DNA of 63,381 nt from Gemmatimonadota bacterium (GTDB lineage: Bacteria > Latescibacterota > UBA2968 > UBA8231), in the NCBI GenBank assembly GCA_002712305.1, contig PATE01000062.1, positions 1 through 63,381 on the forward strand, given 5' to 3'. Shown here piece by piece: positions 8,911 to 17,708 of the stretch. The stretch's first letter is position 1. Each line of letters opens with the position of its first letter. A program made the position numbers and the translations under genes. Below the pieces are notes generated by a model. That model had not been told where the DNA came from. It made no database searches and saw only the letters and a program-made list of their open reading frames with translations.

Positions 8911-9750
8911 ATGAATGAGACTGAGACCTACCTCTTCGACCTGCAGGGGTACCTCGTCGTACCGCAGGTCCTGACCGAGGCCGAGGTCGCCCTCTGTAAC
9001 GAAGCCATCGATCATCACGCCGACCAGATCAACGAGCGCGTCGGCGATCTGTCGCTCTCCAGCGATTCATCGACGCTGCAGGGGATTACCGGCCGTGGTG
9101 ATCTGGGCGGGCTGCTCGGTTGGGATCCGCCGTGGCGGGATCCCTTTCGCTCGATGTTGTGTCATCCTCGTCTGGTTCCTTACCTGCATGCCATTCTCGG
9201 CAAGGGTTACCGCCTCGATCACAATGCGGGGCTGATTTCGATGCGCAAAGGCACAGAGGGACACACCTTTCACGGCTCCTCCGGTCCTGGTTTCGACCCG
9301 AACCAGTACTACATCTGGCAGAACGGTCGCATGCACAACGGCCTCACTGTCGTCGCCTGGCAACTGGCCGATGTCAACCCAGGGGATGGTGGACTCATCG
9401 TGATCCCCGGTAGTCACAAGGGCAACGTTTCCTGCCCGACCCCCATCCGCAAATGGGAAGCTCACCATGACATCGTGAAACACGTGACCTGCAAAGCAGG
9501 GGATGTCGTCATCTTCACCGAGGCGGTCACGCACGGAACGATTCCCTGGACGGCGGATCACGATCGTCGATCGGTGCTCTTTCGCATGTCCCCGGCCAAC
9601 GTCGCCTACGCCCGCGGATATGACCCATGGCCAGAGCATATGCTTGTGGGGATGACGCCGGCGCAACGAGCAGTGGTCGAGCCACCTTACCATCCACGAC
9701 TTGACCGGCCGTCGCTGGACGACGAGGGCAACGTAGCGGGCGGTTCTTGA
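8911..9750 (+). CDS. Phytanoyl-CoA dioxygenase (PhyH) family 2OG/Fe(II) oxygenase
   Basis: 279 aa. YLFDLQGYLVVPQVL start, VIPGSHKGN and FTEAVTHGT blocks typical of PhyH-family proteins. Confidence 0.8.
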   Translation: MNETETYLFDLQGYLVVPQVLTEAEVALCNEAIDHHADQINERVGDLSLSSDSSTLQGITGRGDLGGLLGWDPPWRDPFRSMLCHPRLVPYLHAILGKGYRLDHNAGLISMRKGTEGHTFHGSSGPGFDPNQYYIWQNGRMHNGLTVVAWQLADVNPGDGGLIVIPGSHKGNVSCPTPIRKWEAHHDIVKHVTCKAGDVVIFTEAVTHGTIPWTADHDRRSVLFRMSPANVAYARGYDPWPEHMLVGMTPAQRAVVEPPYHPRLDRPSLDDEGNVAGGS

Positions 9751-9765
9751 CCCGTTCGCTTTCCT

Positions 9766-10713
9766 ATGGCCGATGTCTTGAAGGCTGACCCTCTGAGGGG
9801 GGTTTCCCGATCCTGGCCACCTGTTTCGACGGGCAGGGCTCGATCGACTACGGCAGTCAGGAGCGGTTGATCGAATTCTGTATCGAGGCGGGGACGCACG
9901 GTCTGGTCGCTTTGGCCAACGCGTCTGAGGGGCACCTGCTGTCGGAGGAAGAGAAGCAGCAACTGCAGCAGTTCGTCGTTCAGCGTGTCGCTGGCCGGGT
10001 ACCGGTGATTGTCACTGTGAATCATCCCTCTCCGATTGTCGCGGCCCGGGCCAGTCGGTTCGCCGAGGAGACGGGCGCCAGCGCGATCATGTCTCTGCCG
10101 CTTTTCTCTGGCCGATGGCGGGCGGGACTGGACGAAATCTCAGCCTACTACGATCAGCTCGACCAGGCTGTATCGATTCCCCTCGTTCTGCAAGACCACG
10201 TTCTCAGTGACATTCAATTGACGACGGACTACCTCGTGGGGCTGTCGCAGGCCTGTGAGCATCTGACCCACATCAAGCTCGAGTCGGGCAACATTATCCA
10301 CAAAGCGCGCAATTTATCCACAAAGTACGCAATTTCGCCCCGCCTTGGGTTTATCGCTCGCGGGGGTCTTTGGTGGCAACAGTGGAATCTTCCTGCCCGA
10401 AGAGATCGAAGCCGGATGCTGCGGCACCATGCCAGCTTGCTACATGCCAGATGTCTTCCGGCGGACATGGGACCTGATCGAAGCCAGCCAGTTCGATGAG
10501 GCGATGGATTTTTTCGCACCCTTTTCGAGACTCGCTGCGTATGAGAAATAGGTGTGCAATCGATGTGTCTGGAAGACGCTGCTTGTCGAACGGGGTGTGA
10601 TCGAGTCAGACTTCGTAAGAGAGCCTGTTCCGGCCTTCGCCACGGATTGGCAGAAGCAGCAACTGTTGCGTGTCGCGGGACAAGCAGGTCTGTTTGACCT
10701 CACGAGGGGTTGA
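9766..10713 (+). pseudogene. Dihydrodipicolinate synthase/N-acetylneuraminate lyase family (dapA-like) gene, disrupted
   Basis: The homology path changes frame twice and crosses a stop. MADVLKADPLRG (frame 1) switches at the G6 run 9797-9802 to GFPILATCFDGQGSIDYGSQERLIEF...HIKLESG (frame 0). It then changes frame around 10294-10345 to GLSLAGVFGGNSGIFLPEEIEAG. An in-frame TAG sits at 10549-10551, followed by ...WKTLLVERGVIESDFVREP..., ending at TGA 10711-10713. Confidence 0.8.
10294..10333 (+). repeat. 20-bp imperfect tandem duplication inside the dapA-like pseudogene
   Basis: TTATCCACAAAGCGCGCAAT (10294-10313) is directly followed by TTATCCACAAAGTACGCAAT (10314-10333), 18/20 identical. Confidence 0.95.
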
Positions 10714-10760
10714 TATACTTCGACCACTCGACGAGTGGTTTCACTGAGCAGGGCAAATAA

Positions 10761-11570
10761 GTGCCTACAGGAGATGTCAGGATCGTGCTACCCAATCAGT
10801 TGAGTGAGCAGCAGTGGAAGACGTTCCAGGAGCAGGGGTATGTGCACCTGGGCAAGGTCGATGCCGTCGAACTCGCCGCCCTGCAGCAGCGCATCGACGA
10901 CATCATGATGGGCACAGCCGACATCGACTACGACCGGATGATGATGCAGTTGGATCGAGCCGACGGGCCTGGTTCGAAGCCCGGCCCCCAGTCGCCAGGC
11001 CACAAGGAAGCGAGTCTCAACTACCGCAAGATCCAGGATCTGGAAATGGATCCGCTGTTTCTGTCCTATCTGCAGAAGCCACTCTACCGTGAGATTTGCG
11101 AACGCGCCTACGGCACCCAGACAGATGTGGCCTGTCTTCGTGCCATGTTCATGAACAAGCCCTCCGGTCTTGGGTCTTATCTCGTGTGGCACCAGGATCG
11201 GTGGACGAATCTGGATCGCGACCCAAAGATCACAATCTGGACCGCCCTGGATCCGGCCACGAAGGAAAACGGCTGCGTGCAGGTCATTCCCGGTTCACAC
11301 GACAAGCTCCTGAATCCCGATCACGGATCAGGATTTCTCAGCGACGAGATGGTGGAGGAAGTCTCCAAACGAGAGGATTCGATCTATCTCGAACTGGAGG
11401 CCGGTGAGGTCGTCCTGTTGCACAACTGGCTGCTGCATACATCTGATGTGAATCGTTCGAAGCAGTCGCGACGCGCCTTCAGTGTCTGCTATATGGAGGC
11501 TGCCACCGTCGCCAACAATGACGCGACCTATCCCGTCGTGTTCGGTCAGGGCGCTCTGACTGTTGCCTGA
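10761..11570 (+). CDS. PhyH-family 2OG/Fe(II) dioxygenase
   Basis: 269 aa. QEQGYVHLGKV, WHQDRW (HxD), VIPGSHDK and LLHTSDVN blocks. Confidence 0.8.
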   Translation: MPTGDVRIVLPNQLSEQQWKTFQEQGYVHLGKVDAVELAALQQRIDDIMMGTADIDYDRMMMQLDRADGPGSKPGPQSPGHKEASLNYRKIQDLEMDPLFLSYLQKPLYREICERAYGTQTDVACLRAMFMNKPSGLGSYLVWHQDRWTNLDRDPKITIWTALDPATKENGCVQVIPGSHDKLLNPDHGSGFLSDEMVEEVSKREDSIYLELEAGEVVLLHNWLLHTSDVNRSKQSRRAFSVCYMEAATVANNDATYPVVFGQGALTVA

Positions 11571-11730
11571 GGTGGTTGGCTCACGTGGCAGTTTCTTATC
11601 AAGAAGGCCGATCGTGAGGACGTGTTAGAGGGCGAGGAGGATGCCCACGCGGGGGCTTCGGCCTGAATACGTCTAAATCAGGCCAACCATAGACCCGATC
11701 GCAAAACAGACCCGATCACAATACAGGGGT

Positions 11731-12465
11731 CTAGATGGCCCAGTATTTCCACAGATCTTCGGGGACGTCGTATTTCATCTCCTCTCGATCTGCATGGTGC
11801 CAGCGTGAGAACACGGCCTGACGCGGTCTCGATCGAACATTCGTCGATCCTGTGTGGCACAGGAAGCAGTGCCACAAGATGAGGTCCCCTGCCTGCCCGG
11901 TGAATTCGACAGGATCTGTCGGTGATCTATCACTGAACATCCCCCATTTCCGGTCCTCCCAGTCATCGCGCTCGGTGAAGCTGCCGGCCAGCTGATCGGG
12001 AAACTCATGGAAGAAATCGTGCACGCCGTGATGACTCTTCGGCCAATAGACGAATCCACCGCCCTGCTCTTCCACGGGTTCCAGATACGTTGTGGCGCCG
12101 AGCATGAACCCTCCGCTCCATCCTCCCGGGCCATATCCATCGATGTGTCCCGCTTCGGGCATCTGCCAATTCGCACGAGTTGACTTTGGCCACTGAACGA
12201 GCATGGATCCGCCACCACCGGTGAAGGATCCGCCGCCGATCTGATCCACGATGACCTGCATCTCTGGCAGTTCGCCCAGGCGAGGGCTTACAGAAAAATC
12301 CCCGATGACATACTCGTCGGGCCACGTGGTCGAGTCCTGGGCATCGGCGTCGATGTGAGCCCAGAACTGCTCGTGCCAGGAAGCGATCTGCTCGGCTTCG
12401 ACGAAACCGGGCAGAATGAGATAGGCGTTGTCTTTGAAGGACTCAAGCTGTTCGGGCGTGAGCAC
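11731..12465 (-). CDS. PhyH-like 2OG/Fe(II) oxygenase superfamily protein
   Basis: 244 aa. FKDNAYLILPGFV start, GHIDGY (HxD), YWPKSHH and LCHTGSTN blocks. Confidence 0.65.
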   Translation of the reverse strand: MLTPEQLESFKDNAYLILPGFVEAEQIASWHEQFWAHIDADAQDSTTWPDEYVIGDFSVSPRLGELPEMQVIVDQIGGGSFTGGGGSMLVQWPKSTRANWQMPEAGHIDGYGPGGWSGGFMLGATTYLEPVEEQGGGFVYWPKSHHGVHDFFHEFPDQLAGSFTERDDWEDRKWGMFSDRSPTDPVEFTGQAGDLILWHCFLCHTGSTNVRSRPRQAVFSRWHHADREEMKYDVPEDLWKYWAI

Positions 12466-12497
12466 GGATCATCCTTGGATGGCTGCGATTTTGTGGT

Positions 12498-12521
12498 GGC
12501 GCCGGCAGGAGTGCCGGCGCC
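12498..12521. other. Perfect GC-rich hairpin (10-bp stem, GGAG loop), function unknown
   Basis: GGCGCCGGCA-GGAG-TGCCGGCGCC lies between the helicase stop (12609) and the PhyH-like start (12465). There is no U-tract on either strand. Confidence 0.5.
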
Positions 12522-12608
12522 GCGCAGGAAGATAATCCGGGTGTGATTTCAGGTCGACCGGTGGGACCATGGAAGACCAATGCAGACAGCAAGCGTCTCA
12601 GGTCAGGA

Positions 12609-14126
12609 TCAGGCTGCCGGGCGGCGTCCTCGTCCGAATTTCGCCGCCCTGTTTACGGTCTTGCTGCTGATCGAATTCTTCGAGGCCGGCGTCGATGGGG
12701 ATTCGGTGGTGGTGCTGGTCGGGTTGCCATTGTGCCTCGACGCTCCGCGCTGCGGTTTGCCGGATTCATCGCTACGCGACGACCCATGGCGGGCACCATT
12801 GGGGCGATTGCCCGACGGTGAATTCTTCGCTGTCGCCGCCTGTTTGTTTCCACGACCCCGGCGTCGCGAACGGTTTCCATCGCTGCGACCGTTGCCGGAG
12901 GCACGATCGCTGTTGGGGCGACGATTCGACGAGCCACTCGATCGGGTCGTCGCACCGGACTTACTCGCGCGCAGTGTGGCGATCCGATCGGAGTGAAAGC
13001 GGTGGTCATCGGCAGACTCCAATTCGATGCCGGTCAGACGTTCAATGGCACGAACGTAGGGCAGTTCGTCTTCCTCGCAGAAAGACATGGCAACACCTTC
13101 AGCGCCGGCACGGGCGGTTCGTCCAATCCTGTGCACGTAGGACTCGGGCTCGTTGGGAATCTCGAAATTGATCACGTGGGTGATGTCATCCACGTCGATG
13201 CCGCGAGCGACGATGTCCGTCGCCACCAGGACTCGGACTCGGCCTGCATCGAAATCGCCCAGAGCTCGCTGACGAGCACCCTGGCTCTTGTTGGAGTGGA
13301 TGGCGTCTGCACTGATCCCACTCTTCACCAGATCGCGCGCGACCCGGTTGGCCCTGTGTTTGGTGCGGGTGAAGACGATGGCACGATCGATGTCCTGTTC
13401 TTTCAGCACTTCGGCCAGCAAGGCACGTTTGTTCGTCTTTTCTACGAATAGCACCTGTTGCTCGATGTTGTCGGCCACCGCCGAGGTGGGGGCTACGGCG
13501 ACGCGAGTTGGATCGTGTAGCATCTCGTTGGCCAGCTGGGTGATTTCCTTGGGCAACGTCGCCGAGGCGAGGAAGGTCTGCCGCTTTGCAGGAAGAGAAG
13601 ACACGATGCGTCGCACATCGCGAATGAATCCCATGTCCAACATTCGATCCGCTTCATCGAGGACTGCGATTTCCACCGCGTCGAGTCGAACCTCGCCCTG
13701 ACCCATCAGGTCGAGCAAGCGACCGGGGGTGGCGACCAGAATCTGTGGTTTGCGCCGCAACTTGGCGATTTGGGGGCCCGCTGCAACGCCGCCGACAATG
13801 ACGGTACTCTTCAGCGGAAGATGACGACCGTACGCTTCGAGATTCTCTTGAATCTGCAGAGCCAGTTCGCGCGTAGGTGTCAGAATGAGGGCACGCAGGT
13901 TCTTGCCACGTGCGGGAGTTTCATGCAGATGCTGAAGCATCGGCAGCGTAAAAGCAGCTGTCTTGCCGGTACCCGTCTGGGCTGTGGCGAGAATGTCCCG
14001 GCCTGCAAGGGCATCGGGAATCGCGTCACGTTGAATCGGCGAAGGTGTGGTGTAGCCCTCATCGTCAAGGGCACGCAGAAGCTGCGGGATGAGCGCCAGG
14101 CACTCGAAGGTTGTTTCCGTATCCAT
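12609..14126 (-). CDS. rhlE: DEAD-box ATP-dependent RNA helicase (RhlE-like) with Arg/Ser/Gly-rich C-terminal tail
   Basis: 505 aa. AQTGTGKTAAF (motif I), LDEADRMLD (DEAD), LASATLP (SAT) and HRIGRTARAG (motif VI), plus a ~130-aa basic low-complexity tail. Confidence 0.9.
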   Translation of the reverse strand: MDTETTFECLALIPQLLRALDDEGYTTPSPIQRDAIPDALAGRDILATAQTGTGKTAAFTLPMLQHLHETPARGKNLRALILTPTRELALQIQENLEAYGRHLPLKSTVIVGGVAAGPQIAKLRRKPQILVATPGRLLDLMGQGEVRLDAVEIAVLDEADRMLDMGFIRDVRRIVSSLPAKRQTFLASATLPKEITQLANEMLHDPTRVAVAPTSAVADNIEQQVLFVEKTNKRALLAEVLKEQDIDRAIVFTRTKHRANRVARDLVKSGISADAIHSNKSQGARQRALGDFDAGRVRVLVATDIVARGIDVDDITHVINFEIPNEPESYVHRIGRTARAGAEGVAMSFCEEDELPYVRAIERLTGIELESADDHRFHSDRIATLRASKSGATTRSSGSSNRRPNSDRASGNGRSDGNRSRRRGRGNKQAATAKNSPSGNRPNGARHGSSRSDESGKPQRGASRHNGNPTSTTTESPSTPASKNSISSKTVNRAAKFGRGRRPAA

Positions 14127-14397
14127 GAAATCCTGTCAGGAATGGTAAAAAGAGACTACCCGAGACTCGTTGCGGCTCTCGTCCGGGTGTCAGGTGCGGA
14201 GGCACTCTTGGACAGGCACGGATACTGAGAAATACGCTGAAATCTTGGGGGGATATACATACTGAGGCTTTATGCAAGCTAACCGAGAATTCCCGAATTC
14301 GCAATGTATAAGCTGCCATGATGTTTTGCTCTGGGTGGTGAACACCATTTCTTACGCGAGCAGAAAACGTCTCAATCCTGCAAGAGAGAAGGGAAGT

Positions 14398-15600
14398 ATG
14401 AGCTCCGAACTACCCGATCTACACGCCAAGTATGGTCTGACAAACATCATCAATGCCTGTGGGAAGATGACGCACCTCGGTGGTGCCATCGTATTGCCAG
14501 AGATTCGCCCCCAGGTGTCATCCAGTCTCGGTCACTTTTTCGACCTGGATGAGATTCAAACACGCGCCGGTGAAACGATTGCGAAGGCCTTTGGCGCCGA
14601 GTGGGGTTGCGTGACTGCCTGTACCGGTGCCGGCATTGCCCTGTCCGTCGCCGCCTGCATGACGGGGAAGGACGCCGGCCGCGTCGCCCAATTGCCTGAC
14701 ACGACAGGAATGAAGAATCGCGTTGTCCTGCAGAAGGGCCATGCCGTCAATTTCGGCGCCCCGGTCACACAGATGTGCAGACTCGCCGGTGCCAGTGTCG
14801 TGGAGATTGGGACCGTGAATGGGTCGACGGAGGTTCATTTACGACATGCCATCGACGACAATACGGCAGCTGTCGTCTTTGTCGTTTCGCACCACACCAC
14901 ACGCTTTGGCAGCATTCCCCTCACACGCGTGGTCGAGATCGCCCACGAATCAGGGGTACCGGTGATCGTGGATGGGGCGGCGCAGTCCTTCGTGATGGCG
15001 AAGATCATCGCCGCCGGTGCCGACTTGGCCATCTGCTCCGGGCACAAGTTTCTGTGTGGAACGACGGCCGGTGTCGTCGCCGGTCGCCGCGAACTGGTGG
15101 AAGCCGTGTATGCACAGAATCGTGGGGTCGGCCGACCGATGAAAGTTGGAAAGGAGGGGATCTTTGGAGTTCTCGCGTCACTAGAGACCCGAATGGCGAC
15201 CGACATCGATCAGTGGCAGGCGCAGCAGGACGCCAAGCGGGACCGCATCCATGAGCGACTCAGGGGGATCGACGGGGTAGGTCTGGACGTAGAAAACGAT
15301 CCCAACGGCAATCCCTTCAGCCGTGCGCAGATTCGCATCGACCCGACGCGCGCCAGGATTTCAGCGGCTGTTGTGGCCTCCGCACTGGAAGCGGGGAATC
15401 CGTCGATCAGAGTGCGCGCACATCATGTGGACGAAGGATGGTTCACCGTCGATGCCAACGAGTTGACCGGCGACGACGTCGAACTGGTCTGCGACCGAAT
15501 GCTGGATGTGCTCCAGGCGTCGCCCGAGGAAAAGGCAAGGCTCACGAAGATGTACGGAGGAGGGAGGGAAGGCGTGCCCGAGTTCAGTTGGCTCAGCTGA
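14398..15600 (+). CDS. SelA/DgaE-like pyridoxal-phosphate-dependent enzyme
   Basis: ATG 14398 is preceded by AGAGAAGGGAAG. MSSELPDLHAKYGLTNIINACGKMTHLGG and CSGHKFLCGTTAGVVAGRR (PLP-Lys context) resemble the SelA-like aminotransferase/ammonia-lyase family. The ORF track starts earlier at 14272. Confidence 0.6.
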   Translation: MSSELPDLHAKYGLTNIINACGKMTHLGGAIVLPEIRPQVSSSLGHFFDLDEIQTRAGETIAKAFGAEWGCVTACTGAGIALSVAACMTGKDAGRVAQLPDTTGMKNRVVLQKGHAVNFGAPVTQMCRLAGASVVEIGTVNGSTEVHLRHAIDDNTAAVVFVVSHHTTRFGSIPLTRVVEIAHESGVPVIVDGAAQSFVMAKIIAAGADLAICSGHKFLCGTTAGVVAGRRELVEAVYAQNRGVGRPMKVGKEGIFGVLASLETRMATDIDQWQAQQDAKRDRIHERLRGIDGVGLDVENDPNGNPFSRAQIRIDPTRARISAAVVASALEAGNPSIRVRAHHVDEGWFTVDANELTGDDVELVCDRMLDVLQASPEEKARLTKMYGGGREGVPEFSWLS

Positions 15601-15890
15601 GAGGGAACCAGCCACCACATCAGCATAACAAGCACCTCTGACCATACGTCGACGGCTCAGCTGGTTGCGCCTTGACGAAGATGCGTTCGCCCTGATTCAG
15701 GCGCTTCCAGGCCGACTCCTGCATTTCTTGTCGAGCAGATCTCGATTCAGGATCCGTCGTACATCACTTTCGGTGAGAATCGACGGAGCATCCGTGCCGG
15801 GGCGGTGTAACTGGAAGGGCATGCGTCGCCTTCGTCGGGTTTCTGATCGTAACCACGGCCAGTCTAACCGGTCGACAAGCAGGGAGCCAA

Positions 15891-16523
15891 CTACAACTCG
15901 ATGTTGGTCTCCACAGCCTCGTCCGAGTCTAGTGACGGCTGTCGGCGGCGGTAAGCGATGGCGCCTACGACCCCCATCAGTACGAGCAATCCCACACCCA
16001 TCCAGGGGCCATGCTGCCGGGCCAGTTCGAGCCCTTCGGCGCCGAATTGCATGCCCAGATAGCCACCCATTCCATACCGCATTGTGCGTCCGATGAATGT
16101 GCTCAGAACAAGAGGCACGGGACGCATACCGAAGACGCCGGCGCAGAGAATGAACAGTTTTGTGGGGTAGGGCGGGGGCGCCATGACAGCGAGTAAGATG
16201 ACCCAGGGCCCATGCAGGCTCAGACGGCGTCGAATGGATTCGATCCGCTGTTCAGAGAATCTGCGAAGGGTCACACGACCACTTCGTCGACCCACGCCAT
16301 ACAGGAACAGGCATCCGATTGTGGACCCCACCGCCGCGATCAAGGTGAGGATGGCGACGGAGGTCATGCTGTCGGTCACGGAGGCCTGGAGTACGAGCAG
16401 CACATCCGGACCCCCACCGGTAGGGATTCCTGCGGAATCGGCGACCGACAGCAGGGCCAGACCCACCGAGCCGGCCGCCTTGGCAAGTAGCTGCACCCAT
16501 ACGATGAAGTCCGGGGGTGTCAC
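15891..16523 (-). CDS. YqaA/DedA-like (VTT-domain) integral membrane protein
   Basis: 210 aa with 5-6 hydrophobic helices. GIPTGGGPDVLLV, LYGVGRRSG and PPPYPTKLFILCAGVFG resemble YqaA-type membrane proteins. Confidence 0.6.
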   Translation of the reverse strand: MTPPDFIVWVQLLAKAAGSVGLALLSVADSAGIPTGGGPDVLLVLQASVTDSMTSVAILTLIAAVGSTIGCLFLYGVGRRSGRVTLRRFSEQRIESIRRRLSLHGPWVILLAVMAPPPYPTKLFILCAGVFGMRPVPLVLSTFIGRTMRYGMGGYLGMQFGAEGLELARQHGPWMGVGLLVLMGVVGAIAYRRRQPSLDSDEAVETNIEL

Positions 16524-16530
16524 TGACGGT

Positions 16531-16565
16531 CAGAACAAGAAAAGCCCCCGGCAATGCCGGGGGCT
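16531..16565 (-). terminator. Rho-independent terminator after the small Cys-Pro protein gene
   Basis: 9-bp GC stem GCCCCCGGC-AAT-GCCGGGGGC (16544-16564), followed on the minus strand by TTTTCTTGTTCTG. Confidence 0.8.
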
Positions 16566-16602
16566 GTCCTTGCAGAGAAAGTCATTCGATCGTGAGTCGA
16601 GT

Positions 16603-16812
16603 TCAGGCGCCCGCGGTACTCGTCGGACAAGAGGCTGCCTTGTCCACGGGGCAGGAGGCCGCTGCCGTCTCGTCCAGAGGACAGACGCTGGGGCAGGTCT
16701 CACCGCTATCACTGGCGACACTGGCATAGAGTTCGGTTGCACCCATGCCCAGCACACCGGCGACGGCGAGACCCAGGAATGCGGCCACGATCGACTTGCG
16801 GATATTTGTCAT
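16603..16812 (-). CDS. Small exported/anchored protein with four Cys-Pro motifs
   Basis: 69 aa from ATG 16812, with GAGGAGG 8 nt upstream. Signal-like MTNIRKSIVAAFLGLAVAGVLGMGA, then ...ETCPSVCPLDETAAASCPVDKAASCPTSTAGA. It has its own terminator. Confidence 0.6.
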   Translation of the reverse strand: MTNIRKSIVAAFLGLAVAGVLGMGATELYASVASDSGETCPSVCPLDETAAASCPVDKAASCPTSTAGA

Positions 16813-16955
16813 GTGTTGGTCCTCCTCACAGATACTGGTTGCCACCGATAATGGCGGATCCCAGAGAAAAGGTCAAGTCCAGAGGCCAAGTCCAACGGTC
16901 AAGGGGAATCGATCGAGGCATTCACTCCATCGACCCCATGAGCCATCAGTTCCCT

Positions 16956-17620
16956 CTAAACACGGTTCCACCAGACTCCCTGCCAGTAGTCAGGCAGAGG
17001 ATGATTGTGGGCCTCCCTGTCGAAGCGGGCGTGACGCTCCCGCAGCGTGACCAGGGCCAGTTCGACGATGGCCCCGACATGGGCCTGAGCGGCTGCCTCA
17101 GCCTGGCTTCTTGAAGGGGCCGTGATCTCAAGATCCCTCACCAAGCGTTCCGCGGGCCGATCGAGTTGTCGGGCGCCTATCTCGATCAGGGCGAAGTGGA
17201 TCTGCTCATGCTCCAGTACGTGCCGCATGTGCACGAGTGCGGGTCTGTGGATTCCACCAGGAGCAGTCCGGCAGTATCTGCGCCATGAAGCGCAGATGCC
17301 TGATATGGACCAGGTAGCTGATCTCGCCGTCTTCCGACACCTGTCGTCTGGCCTCAAAACCTGAAGAAGGATTGATACTGATCTGTCCACAAAGGGCGGC
17401 ACCAAGACGGTCAGCGTGTGCCTTCAGGTCCGGGGGGCTCTGCTGCGCCTGGAAATCATCTGGTGTGAGGAGCACGATAGCCGATGGGCGGTGTCTCGGG
17501 GGGCTGTCGGGTCCACATCCAGCCACCGCAGCCGGTGCTCAGGGCGATCAGATAGCAGGCGAGGGCCACTCGACACGACCAGCGCCGCCCCTTCGGCCGT
17601 TGACAGTCGGTGTGAAGCAT
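16956..17620 (-). pseudogene. DUF922-like (HExxH-type) lipoprotein gene with two frame changes
   Basis: The lipobox start MLHTDCQRPKGRRWSCRVALACYLIALSTGC begins at ATG 17620. The next segment ...IVLLTPDDFQ...LPDCSWWNPQ is in a second frame (ORF 17206..17526). The segment ...ALVHMRHVLEHEQIHFALIE...FDREAHNHPLPDYWQ is in a third frame (ORF 16956..17405). The first switch overlaps the G6 run at 17498-17503. Confidence 0.6.
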
Positions 17621-17708
17621 AGATGAGGGGCGTGAGGGCTGCGAGACCGCTGGCGCACGAGAGGATCGGGCGATACCGTTGTTCCAAAGGTCCGTTTCAC
17701 TACTGGAG

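Noticed and set aside
14287-14300. Two GAATTC palindromes separated by CC lie in the rhlE / selA-like divergent promoter region and could be an operator.
   Set aside because: The composite is not a dyad as a whole (GAATTC-CC-GAATTC). It is a single occurrence, and I can extract no supporting conservation from this window.
15650-15820. Two short minus-strand ORFs (MPFQLHRPGTDAPSILTESDVRRILNRDLLDK... and MQESAWKRLNQGERIFVKAQPAEPS...) could be one frameshifted small gene downstream of the YqaA-like gene.
   Set aside because: Each is under 45 codons, no family was recognised and there is no clear ribosome-binding site. It cannot be distinguished from chance ORFs.
16603-16812. The small Cys/Ser/Thr-rich peptide could be a lanthipeptide or other RiPP precursor.
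   Set aside because: The N-terminus looks like a Sec signal or anchor rather than a RiPP leader. No dehydratase, cyclase, radical-SAM or peptidase-transporter gene is nearby.
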